A stretch of DNA of 39,092 nucleotides, taken from assembly GCA_021791075.1 (NCBI GenBank), contig JAJYXH010000075.1, forward strand, positions 1-39,092, given 5' to 3'. This stretch comes from Candidatus Micrarchaeota archaeon. Lineage in GTDB: Archaea > Micrarchaeota > Micrarchaeia > Micrarchaeales > CABMGC01. The notes under the pieces were generated by a model, which made no database searches, had not been told where the DNA came from, and saw only the letters and a list, made by a program, of their open reading frames with translations. The translations under genes were made by a program, and so were the position numbers. Shown piece by piece: positions 32,410 to 39,092 of this stretch (positions are counted from its first letter, which is position 1; each line of letters starts with the position of its first letter).

Positions 32410-33213
32410 TCACCTGAGCAGCACGCCTCCGTCAACGACTATCTGACTTCCTGTCATGTATGACGACATCCCGGAAGCGAGGAAGAGCGCCACCTTACCT
32501 ATGTCATCCGGCTCGCCCATCCTACCCATTGGTATCCTCGAGAGGAACTCATCCATCATCTTTTCCGTGTCGACTCCCTGTGGCATATGAGTCAACTCCT
32601 GCAGCTTACGCACTCCCGGAGTCAGTATTCCTCCCGGTGCTATGGCGTTGACCCATATCCTATGTGGCGCAAGCTCGAGCGCGATGTTCTTCGTGAACCC
32701 CCATACGCCGTGCTTCGAAGCATCGTAGTGTGCAAGGCCTATCGATGAAGGATGGAGCGCGTCTATCGAAGTTATGTTTATTATCCTGCCGCCTCTCTTC
32801 CCCTTTATCATCTCATCCGAGACATACTTTGTGCATAGGAAGACGCTCTTAAGGTTTATAGAGAGGACATTGTCGAAATCAGCAAGCGACATATGCGAGA
32901 GCGGGATGGTCGGATATATTCCCGCATTGTTTACAAGTATGTCTATGCCGCCGAATCTCTTTAACGTCTCGCTCACTAGGCCCCTTACCTGGTCCTCTTG
33001 GGAGACGTCAGTGGCTATCGCAGTGGCCTTGAAGCCTTTTCCCAGGAGGTCTTTTGCGGCGTTCTCCCCATCGCTAGCGGTCCTGCTTGCCATCACCACC
33101 GTTGCGCCTGCCTCTGCGAGCCTATAGCTTATCCCGTATCCGATTCCTTTGGCTCCACCGGTGACTATTGCAACCTTGCCACTTAGATCCAGGAGGCTGT
33201 TTATTGACTCCAT
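32410..33213 (-). CDS. Short-chain dehydrogenase/reductase (classical SDR)
   Basis: VAIVTGGAKGIGYGI (TGxxxGxG), NNAG, and the catalytic YDASK. ATG at 33213; the track start at 33219 is GTG. Confidence 0.9.
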   Translation of the reverse strand: MESINSLLDLSGKVAIVTGGAKGIGYGISYRLAEAGATVVMASRTASDGENAAKDLLGKGFKATAIATDVSQEDQVRGLVSETLKRFGGIDILVNNAGIYPTIPLSHMSLADFDNVLSINLKSVFLCTKYVSDEMIKGKRGGRIINITSIDALHPSSIGLAHYDASKHGVWGFTKNIALELAPHRIWVNAIAPGGILTPGVRKLQELTHMPQGVDTEKMMDEFLSRIPMGRMGEPDDIGKVALFLASGMSSYMTGSQIVVDGGVLLR

Positions 33214-33273
33214 TAACACTTACTTGGTTCCAATAGCTTTAATAACCATTATGTCATATAGAATGCGGATAAC

Positions 33274-33414
33274 ATGGTGCAAGCATACTGCGTCAAGTGC
33301 AAGCAGAAGAGGGACATGAAGGAGGCCAAGGAAGTGACAATGAAGAACGGAAAGAAGGCAATGTCAGGTACCTGCCCTGTCTGCGGCACGAAGATGTTCA
33401 AGATAGGGGGCTAA
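33274..33414 (+). CDS. 46-aa zinc-ribbon protein (DUF5679-like)
   Basis: Below the track cutoff: MVQAYCVKCKQKRDMKEAKEVTMKNGKKAMSGTCPVCGTKMFKIGG. It has two CxxC pairs and matches a small protein family I recall from archaea and actinobacteria. Confidence 0.7.
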   Translation: MVQAYCVKCKQKRDMKEAKEVTMKNGKKAMSGTCPVCGTKMFKIGG

Positions 33415-33510
33415 TCGCCGTCGATGCCTCCAAGCCCGTTGCGGGATACTCCTACTCTAACTCTTGGTTAACTCCGATCTAGTTACGGTAACAATACCGT
33501 TGCTCGGTAC

Positions 33511-34023
33511 TTACTTATTCTGTATCCCCACAACCTTGATCGTGAAGACAAGCGTCTGGCCCGCGAGAGGCGGATTGAAGTCCACAGTAACATTCGTTGC
33601 GTTCACAGCAACTACCACTCCATCTACCGTCTGTCTGCCTGTACCCTCGCTTACTTTTGTCCCGACCTGCACGGTCTGATTTCCGAAGGCCTTTGCCGGA
33701 ACGCTGACGATGAGCCTCGGATTTACCGGGCCGTAGGCCTCGTTGACAGGGATAGTCACCTGCTTGCTCTGGTTGAGCTTCATGCCTATGACCGCCTGGT
33801 CGAAACCTTTTATCACCTGACCGGCACCTGCCGTGAAATAGAGTGGCTGCGCTCCAACGTTCGAGTCAAAGACGGTGCCGTTTGTGAACGATCCGGTATA
33901 GTAGACGGAAACATTGTCCCCTGCCACGACAATCTGCTGTTGGCTGGCAGAGACCACGTACGCCCCCGATGCGATTATGGCCGCAGCCACAATTACTGCT
34001 ATTATGATTATCTTTGGGTTCAT
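33511..34023 (-). CDS. Membrane-anchored FKBP-type peptidyl-prolyl cis-trans isomerase
   Basis: GDNVSVYYTGSFTNGTVFDSN...AGAGQVIKGFDQAVIGMK...IPVNEAYG. TM anchor after MNPK (ATG at 34023; an alternative ATG is at 34065). Confidence 0.85.
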   Translation of the reverse strand: MNPKIIIIAVIVAAAIIASGAYVVSASQQQIVVAGDNVSVYYTGSFTNGTVFDSNVGAQPLYFTAGAGQVIKGFDQAVIGMKLNQSKQVTIPVNEAYGPVNPRLIVSVPAKAFGNQTVQVGTKVSEGTGRQTVDGVVVAVNATNVTVDFNPPLAGQTLVFTIKVVGIQNK

Positions 34024-34130
34024 AAGAATCGTTGTTATTGCGTGCCATGCAATTATAATCTGCATGGGTGCCCTGCAGTACCCAAGCTACAGGCGCAAGC
34101 GTATTATACTCGCATGTGATATACCTAGTC

Positions 34131-34277
34131 ATGGCGTCGAGGCTTTTCGTATGCGGGGTCTGCAGGCTGCACTACGCCTCAAAGGAGCTGGCCGATAAGT
34201 GCTACGCGTGGTGCTCGGCCCATGTCAGCTGCAACCTACGGATAACGAAGCATTCGGTCGAGAGGGCCGGGAAGTGA
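34131..34277 (+). CDS. 48-aa Cys-rich small protein
   Basis: MASRLFVCGVCRLHYASKELADKCYAWCSAHVSCNLRITKHSVERAGK, with CxxC plus three further Cys. Support is ORF evidence only. Confidence 0.35.
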   Translation: MASRLFVCGVCRLHYASKELADKCYAWCSAHVSCNLRITKHSVERAGK

Positions 34278-34288
34278 TGTGTGGTTCC

Positions 34289-35536
34289 TCAGAGGCCCGC
34301 CGAGAGGAAGGCAAGGTATACAAGCGCGTTTAGTATCGTAAGCGGGGCTCCTATCCTCACAAACTCGACGAAGGAGATGGTCTGGCCATAGTTCCTCTCT
34401 GCTTTCTGGATTATGATAACGTTGCTTGCGGCTCCCAGTATGGTCAGGTTTCCCGCTATTGTGCTTCCTGCGGCGAGAGCCATGAGCGATATCGCAGACA
34501 GCGTCGAGGCGCCGAGGAGTTTCAGGTAGAGGATGGCAAGCGGCACGTTGGATATGAACTGGCTTACGATTATGCTGAACGGGATGACGACGGATATCGA
34601 TCCAAACCCGATCCCTGAACCTGAGACTGCACCTTGGAAGAATCCCGACTGCCATACGGCACCCATCACCACGAAAAGCGAGATGAAAAATGCTATGGTG
34701 CTCCAGTCGATGCGCCGCACCAGGCGTGCGCGATTCTTGCTGAAAATGAGGACCGGAAGCGCAGCGACAACCGATATGCCGGAGAGCGGCAGCGTGATTC
34801 CGATGTCGAACGCTGACGTAAAGACCTGGGCAGCGATGAGGAGGAGGAAGAGCCCGAGCGAGATCTTGGCAAGAGCCGCGAGCTTCTTGTCCTTCAATGG
34901 CATCCTGCGGCCGAGCTCCAGGCGCTTCCCGAACTCCCTTGGATAGAAGAGCCTCAGGACAAGATATGCAACGAGAAGATTCGCTATCGTTGGCAGGAAT
35001 AGGTACCTGAAGAACTCGGCGAACGGATTCGAGATCCCGCTCGTGGCCACGAGCAGGTTCTGCGGGTTTCCTATCGGACTCATGACACTCCCTGTGGTTA
35101 TTGCGAAAGCAAGAGCGAACATCATCATCTTGGGGTCAAGATAGTGACGCTTGGAGAGGCCCATAACAAGCGGGGTGCCTATTATCGCCAGCGTATCGTT
35201 CATGAGAAAAGCCGAAGCGAATCCGAACCCGAAGAGTATGAGGAGAGCCAGGTCACTCACTCCCTTAGCCCTCCTGAATAAGACATACTCAAGATGGTCC
35301 AGATAGCCGCTTTCCTCAAGGGCCCTGCCTATTATGAAAGCACCTATAAGGAACAGGATCACGTTGAAGTCTATGTATCCGAAGGCAGCCGCCGGGGAGA
35401 TCTGCAGGCTGAGAAGCATTGCCGCTGCCCCTGCGAGCATTACCTGCCAGATCCCCAGCCTGAACCTTCCGATCTGCCTTACGGCTATCGCGATGAAGAC
35501 CGCCGCAAGGATGATTATAGGAACCAGATCCGCCAT
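34289..35536 (-). CDS. ArsB/NhaD-superfamily (CitMHS-like) anion permease
   Basis: ATG at 35536 (MADLVPIIILAAV...). About 11 TM helices. It has the family-typical IGNPQNLLVA and NDTLAIIGTP segments. Confidence 0.75.
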   Translation of the reverse strand: MADLVPIIILAAVFIAIAVRQIGRFRLGIWQVMLAGAAAMLLSLQISPAAAFGYIDFNVILFLIGAFIIGRALEESGYLDHLEYVLFRRAKGVSDLALLILFGFGFASAFLMNDTLAIIGTPLVMGLSKRHYLDPKMMMFALAFAITTGSVMSPIGNPQNLLVATSGISNPFAEFFRYLFLPTIANLLVAYLVLRLFYPREFGKRLELGRRMPLKDKKLAALAKISLGLFLLLIAAQVFTSAFDIGITLPLSGISVVAALPVLIFSKNRARLVRRIDWSTIAFFISLFVVMGAVWQSGFFQGAVSGSGIGFGSISVVIPFSIIVSQFISNVPLAILYLKLLGASTLSAISLMALAAGSTIAGNLTILGAASNVIIIQKAERNYGQTISFVEFVRIGAPLTILNALVYLAFLSAGL

Positions 35537-35597
35537 GACTGATAGCACCGGCTTATTTATGCGAGCATTAAAAAAATACTCATACCAAATTACCTGT

Positions 35598-36737
35598 ATG
35601 GATTTAAAGTACAAGGTGCTTGCCATAGCCGTTGTTGCGGTTATTGTGTCGACTGCTGTTTACATGCATCTCGGCAACAAGAGCCAAGTGCAGGGGACCA
35701 CTACCGCGTATCAGACAACGATCAATCAGCATCAGACCACGTCACCCCAGCCCACCGCGTCTTTGTCGGGCGCGAGATACGGCCAGCAGTTCTGCCTTGA
35801 TGCGTCATCAAATGCAATGGCTATGACTTACGCCGTGGAGAACGGGATAACCTGCTTCAGGGCTGACATAGGGCTCAACCAGGGCGAGATGAACTTCATA
35901 TCGAACGTGACCAAGGCCGGCGGAAGCTATCTTGGCATACTTGACTACGTGACACTAGGCGCGCAGACCTCTAGATACGGCTGCGCATCAAACTGCAACT
36001 GGAACCTGAGTACGTGGAATGCGACAGTGGCGCAGGCGCTTGCAGACTATCCCGAGGTCCGGCAGTGGGAGATCTACAACGAGCCCCTCATAAGGCAGTT
36101 TATGGGCGGTTACGAGAACGGGAGCGCGCTAAACTACTTCAACATGATAAGGAGCGCATCCGAGATAATAAGGAGCAGGGATCCAAATGCCACGATCGTC
36201 TGCTTTGGTGGCGCGCAGACCTTCCCGTTCAGCGTCATGCAGAACGAGTATCAGTTCTACGCGCAGGTCTGGAGCTACGGAGCATCCAAGTACTGCGACG
36301 CCATCTCGCTGCACTCATACATCCTTCCCTACCACAGCCTGAACCAGAGCCTCTCCGGCAATGCCACCATAACCGAGGAGCTGAACTACACCGTGAACCT
36401 CTACGAGAACCTGACGGGCAAGCCGATATGGATAACAGAGACCGGGCTTCCCTCCAACAGCAACTACACGCTTGGGCTGAACTTCACGGAGCAGGAGCAG
36501 AATACGTTCCTGCAGCAGGACATGGAATTCTACTCCTCGTATCCTTTCGTAAAGAGGATATACTGGTTCCATCTCGAGGGATCGGTTGCAAGGGGCCTGG
36601 ACTACGGGCTCCTGAATGGGACCACACTCCAGCCGAAACCATCGTGGTACTCGTTCCTCTCCTTCGTGAACCGCAGCGCCGTGAGATGGACGCTGGTCAG
36701 GGCTTCTGCACCACGACGCGAAGAGGCTCAATCCTAA
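35598..36737 (+). CDS. Membrane-anchored clan GH-A (TIM-barrel, GH5/GH39-like) glycoside hydrolase
   Basis: ATG at 35598, an N-terminal TM helix, and a Thr/Gln linker. The acid/base motif is QWEIYNEP and the nucleophile motif is KPIWITETG. Confidence 0.72.
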   Translation: MDLKYKVLAIAVVAVIVSTAVYMHLGNKSQVQGTTTAYQTTINQHQTTSPQPTASLSGARYGQQFCLDASSNAMAMTYAVENGITCFRADIGLNQGEMNFISNVTKAGGSYLGILDYVTLGAQTSRYGCASNCNWNLSTWNATVAQALADYPEVRQWEIYNEPLIRQFMGGYENGSALNYFNMIRSASEIIRSRDPNATIVCFGGAQTFPFSVMQNEYQFYAQVWSYGASKYCDAISLHSYILPYHSLNQSLSGNATITEELNYTVNLYENLTGKPIWITETGLPSNSNYTLGLNFTEQEQNTFLQQDMEFYSSYPFVKRIYWFHLEGSVARGLDYGLLNGTTLQPKPSWYSFLSFVNRSAVRWTLVRASAPRREEAQS

Positions 36738-37083
36738 GTATCACCCTGTCGCCATGCTGCCTGTAGTCTGTGCCTATGTACTTGTGCGCCACCCTGTCTA
36801 TGTGCTCCTCGGCTCCCTTATCGGTGATCTCCACAACCCTTCCCCTGATGTAAACTGCATCGTAGGGGTCTTCAATGCTGTATACTGCGACAGCGACCCT
36901 GGGATCCCGTCCAACATTCCTTGTCTTGACCCTCCCCCTTGTCGTGTTTATCAGCACGTTGTCACCGTCGCGGTCGATCCACACCGTCGTTATCTGCGGC
37001 GATCCGTCCTTCATCAGCGTTGCAACATTCGCAAAGTTCTTTCCGTCTATCAGCTTCTTCGCCTTCTCTGGAAGCTCCACCAT
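36697..37083 (-). CDS. Pyridoxamine-5'-phosphate-oxidase-like (PPOX class, FMN/F420-binding split barrel) protein
   Basis: MVELPEKAKKLIDGKNFANVATLMKDGSPQITTVWIDRDGDNVLINTTRGRVKTRNVGRDPRVAVAV... ATG at 37083 lies behind a TTATATAG box. The track start is TTG, far upstream. Confidence 0.78.
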   Translation of the reverse strand: MVELPEKAKKLIDGKNFANVATLMKDGSPQITTVWIDRDGDNVLINTTRGRVKTRNVGRDPRVAVAVYSIEDPYDAVYIRGRVVEITDKGAEEHIDRVAHKYIGTDYRQHGDRVILRIEPLRVVVQKP

Positions 37084-37319
37084 GATATCACCATTATACA
37101 TATACATTATGCAATCCTCTATATAACTTCTGACCCGCGTCATTCCTCGGCTCAGCACCGCCATCGGTCTGTACTGGTGGTGGCTCTGCCAAAGTTTAAA
37201 TATGTGAGCGGGAAATTCCCATCCATTCATGGCGGGGATGAGAGCGAACCGCAGCAAGCCGTAACTGTTAGCGTAGAGATATGCTCAACAGAATCTATAT
37301 GTGCATAAAGGCTCAGGAC

Positions 37320-38318
37320 CTACCACGACGCCTTCTTGGCCTTGTAGTACGCAAGGACGTACTCCGACATCATCGGGTCGGGATCTACTCCGAGCGCAGC
37401 CGCAACCCTGCTTATGGACTCAGCATCGATCCTGTGCTCTATGCCATAGAGATAGTAGAGCGAGATCAGGTAGATAACGGGGTTCTTGAAGCGCGGAGGC
37501 GTAATATCTGCGAGAGTCTTATCATCTGGAGTTATCCCTAATGAGGAGACCACCCTGCCTATGTTGTCCGGGGTCATAACCCTGCCGGTGAATGCAAGCA
37601 CGCCTATCGCGCCGATATACGGAAGCATCGACGGGCTCGCGGTGATCTTATCCGCGCACGCCTCGAGCGTGTTGTTGAGCTCCCTCGCGGCCAGCTCTGC
37701 CATTGAGTGCGAGAGGTCAAGCATCCCGAGGTAGAATCTCCTGAAGAACTTCCTGTCCGGCCCTTCCCTGTTTAGCTCCATGCCTACGTTCTCCGGAGGC
37801 CGTGAGCCGTACTCATGCGAGTACTCTATCACGTATCCGGCAATCCTCTGGTCCGGAGCCACCTCAAGGTTCCTCACCACTTCCACGACTCCGTTTATTC
37901 CTTCCGCCATGCCATTGAGCCTGAGGTACTGCAACGCCGTTATGTAGACGAGCTCGTTGGTGTAGTGCAGTTTGCCCAGTGCGTAGAGGAACTCCTGGTT
38001 CGGGTTTATTCCGACAGCAGCAAGCAGCCCCATTATTCCAGCATCGCCTATCTCCTTGCCAGAGAAGGCAAGGGCTCCGGCAGCGGCTATGTAGGGCGAC
38101 ATCCCCTTGTCGAGGTAGGCCGAGACCATGGGATTCTCCAGCGCGCGCAGTATCTCGCGGGTGACCATGCCTGTGCAGATCTCCATTCCTGTCCTTATCG
38201 AGTCAGCGACCATGCTGCTTAGCCTTTCTGTGCCAACGTTCTCTGCCATATCCAATATATCCGCATTCAGGTTTAAAATCAGATGCGAATGCATCCGCCC
38301 GGCATGCGCGGGGCTCAT
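37320..38318 (-). CDS. Uncharacterised protein built from two ~149-aa repeats with ribosomal-stalk-P1-like helical motifs
   Basis: Internal duplication: both repeats start at ENVG (aa 43 and 192 of the track ORF). The repeat cores are SPYIAAAGALAFSGKEIGDAGIMGLLAAVGINPNQ and LPYIGAIGVLAFTGRVMTPDNIGRVVSSLGITPDD. The track start at 38369 is TTG; candidate ATGs are at 38318, 38294 and 38249. Confidence 0.6.
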   Translation of the reverse strand: MSPAHAGRMHSHLILNLNADILDMAENVGTERLSSMVADSIRTGMEICTGMVTREILRALENPMVSAYLDKGMSPYIAAAGALAFSGKEIGDAGIMGLLAAVGINPNQEFLYALGKLHYTNELVYITALQYLRLNGMAEGINGVVEVVRNLEVAPDQRIAGYVIEYSHEYGSRPPENVGMELNREGPDRKFFRRFYLGMLDLSHSMAELAARELNNTLEACADKITASPSMLPYIGAIGVLAFTGRVMTPDNIGRVVSSLGITPDDKTLADITPPRFKNPVIYLISLYYLYGIEHRIDAESISRVAAALGVDPDPMMSEYVLAYYKAKKASW

Positions 38319-38399
38319 GACTCCTCCAAAGACGGGGAGACCAGCACAAGATCGTTTCTGCTTTGTCAATGACGGCTATGCCACCCAAGGTCGCCGTTG

Positions 38400-38697
38400 T
38401 ATTTTTCATGTGATCGATGAAAGACCGCCTTCGGCCCAGAAATGGTCTGCGTCAGTCTACGAGAGAAGTGGCGAAGTTAAGCTGAAAGGAATATCTGCAC
38501 GAAAGATATTCCAAATACATCCGGAATACAGAGAGGAAATGTTCCGCAAGGGAAGTTTCTGGAGTCCTGGGCATTTTTCAAGGAGTGTGAGTAACGTAAC
38601 TGCGGCCACTGTAGAAAGATATATCGACAGACATGAATGTCCAAAGCACATCTCCGATGGCACTGGACATCAGGGCAGAATGGGAAGGTTCATGTGA
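38400..38697 (+). mobile_element. Remnant (C-terminal half) of an IS200/IS605-type Y1 transposase TnpA
   Basis: ...LKGISARKIFQIHPEYREEMFRKGSFWSPGHFSRSVSNVTAATVERYIDRHE parallels the TnpA consensus LKG-SSR-L...LWS-GYF-STVG-V-...YI-NQ. The HUH-containing N-terminal half is absent or unrecognisable. Confidence 0.5.
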
Positions 38698-38705
38698 TTG
38701 CAACC

Positions 38706-38720
38706 GAAGCCTCGGGCTTC
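38706..38720 (+). other. Perfect 6-bp hairpin GAAGCC-tcg-GGCTTC just after the tnpA remnant
   Basis: Seen directly in the sequence. It lies 9 nt after the remnant's stop and 14 nt from the convergent CDGSH gene's stop. Confidence 0.4.
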
Positions 38721-38733
38721 AGCCAGAGGTAGT

Positions 38734-38913
38734 TCACCCTTCCTTTATCTCAAGCTTTGACGCATCTGCCTTAAATCCCGCGCCCAAGTGTGCGCCGCTG
38801 CAGAATGGCTTCTTGGTTGAATGGCCGCATCTGCACAGGGCATAATCGACCTCGTCATTCCTCTTAACAAGCAGTGGTCCATCTTTGGTGAACTCTAATT
38901 CTATATTTGCCAT
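38734..38913 (-). CDS. CDGSH-type iron-sulfur domain protein (variant CSGAH motif)
   Basis: MANIELEFTKDGPLLVKRNDEVDYALCRCGHSTKKPFCSGAHLG... This fits C-x-C-x2-S-x3-P-x-C-[D->S]-G-A-H. ATG at 38913 lies behind a TATA-like ATGCATAAA; the longer track ORF starts at 38979. Confidence 0.85.
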   Translation of the reverse strand: MANIELEFTKDGPLLVKRNDEVDYALCRCGHSTKKPFCSGAHLGAGFKADASKLEIKEG

Positions 38914-39092
38914 GGTCTCACACAAAGGTTTATGCATAATGATATTAAATACCTTCAGTTTATCTCGTGTGTGGGACATAAGTCAGCTCCTTCCAAGTAA
39001 AAGAAGGTTATGCCATACTCCCTTGCACATAACCGCAGTCGCAATCCTGTCGTCCCTCCTCTGCCACACCTGCCAACCGTTCGATTTCTTGT

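Noticed and set aside
33485-33500. Hairpin ACGGTA-acaa-TACCGT between the convergent zinc-ribbon and FKBP genes, as a terminator
   Set aside because: It has only a 6-bp stem and no adjacent T-tract on either strand. Archaeal termination relies mainly on oligo-T, so the call would be weak.
36697-36737. 41-nt convergent overlap between the 3' ends of the glycosidase and the PPOX-like gene
   Set aside because: It is probably just an unconstrained C-terminal tail of the glycosidase (…RASAPRREEAQS). No structure or signal is evident, so it does not merit a finding.
39008-39092. Partial ORFs at the right edge: minus-strand ...QEIERLAGVAEEGRQDCDCGYVQGSMA*, or plus-strand MPYSLAHNRSRNPVV...
   Set aside because: Both strands are open over fewer than 30 codons, and neither shows a recognisable motif. 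I cannot decide which, if either, is coding.
1-39092. CRISPR arrays, rRNA genes, integrase genes, or a recognisable multi-gene defence island
   Set aside because: I saw no spaced direct-repeat arrays, no rRNA-like sequence, and no integrase/recombinase or known defence-protein motifs in any listed ORF. The only mobile-element signals are the intein and the IS200 remnant.

Overview
All calls come from reading the ORF translations and the raw sequence, using motif recall only. No database search was run.

The window looks like archaeal chromosomal DNA. I infer a Thermoplasmata-like acidophile from these markers:
- a thermopsin (A5) protease
- a class II LysRS
- MenA
- archaeal aIF5B
- Cys-rich surface proteins dense in N-x-S/T sequons
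- TATA boxes about 25 nt upstream of start codons, which fits leaderless mRNAs

Gene content, left to right:
- a ClC channel, tRNA-Thr(CGU), and a 1007-aa four-module beta-helix surface protein
- Nudix and alpha/beta hydrolases, then a patch of gene debris at 6.2-7.5 kb
- a DMT transporter, a tandem-fused Lrp regulator, and aIF5B (infB) split by a 528-aa LAGLIDADG intein in the P-loop
- ndk, a DUF59 protein, a tightly packed nuoABCDHIJKLN operon, and tRNA-Lys(UUU)
- a YbjQ-like protein with membrane partners, an orphan wHTH-MNT nucleotidyltransferase, thermopsin, and lysS
- a SIMPL protein, mscL, menA, an SDR, and an FKBP
- an ArsB/NhaD permease, a clan GH-A glycosidase, a PPOX-like protein, and a CDGSH protein

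Most interesting observations:
1. An unlisted 45-aa ORF with 13 cysteines (metallothionein-like) lies between nuoN and DUF59 and has its own TATA box.
2. A 349-aa protein consists of two 149-aa repeats. Their cores resemble the N-terminal dimerisation domain of the archaeal ribosomal stalk protein P1/L12e.
3. Two 3' gene fragments are joined head-to-head at a 5-nt microhomology. One is a diverged infB tail. The other is a ~98% copy of the beta-helix gene tail, forming a 305-bp direct repeat 2.6 kb from its source.
4. The complex I-like operon runs from nuoL straight into nuoN, with no nuoM and no nuoEFG.

Several remnants suggest ongoing rearrangement: nucleoside hydrolase, thermopsin N-terminus, and IS200-type TnpA. 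No CRISPR array or rRNA gene was seen.
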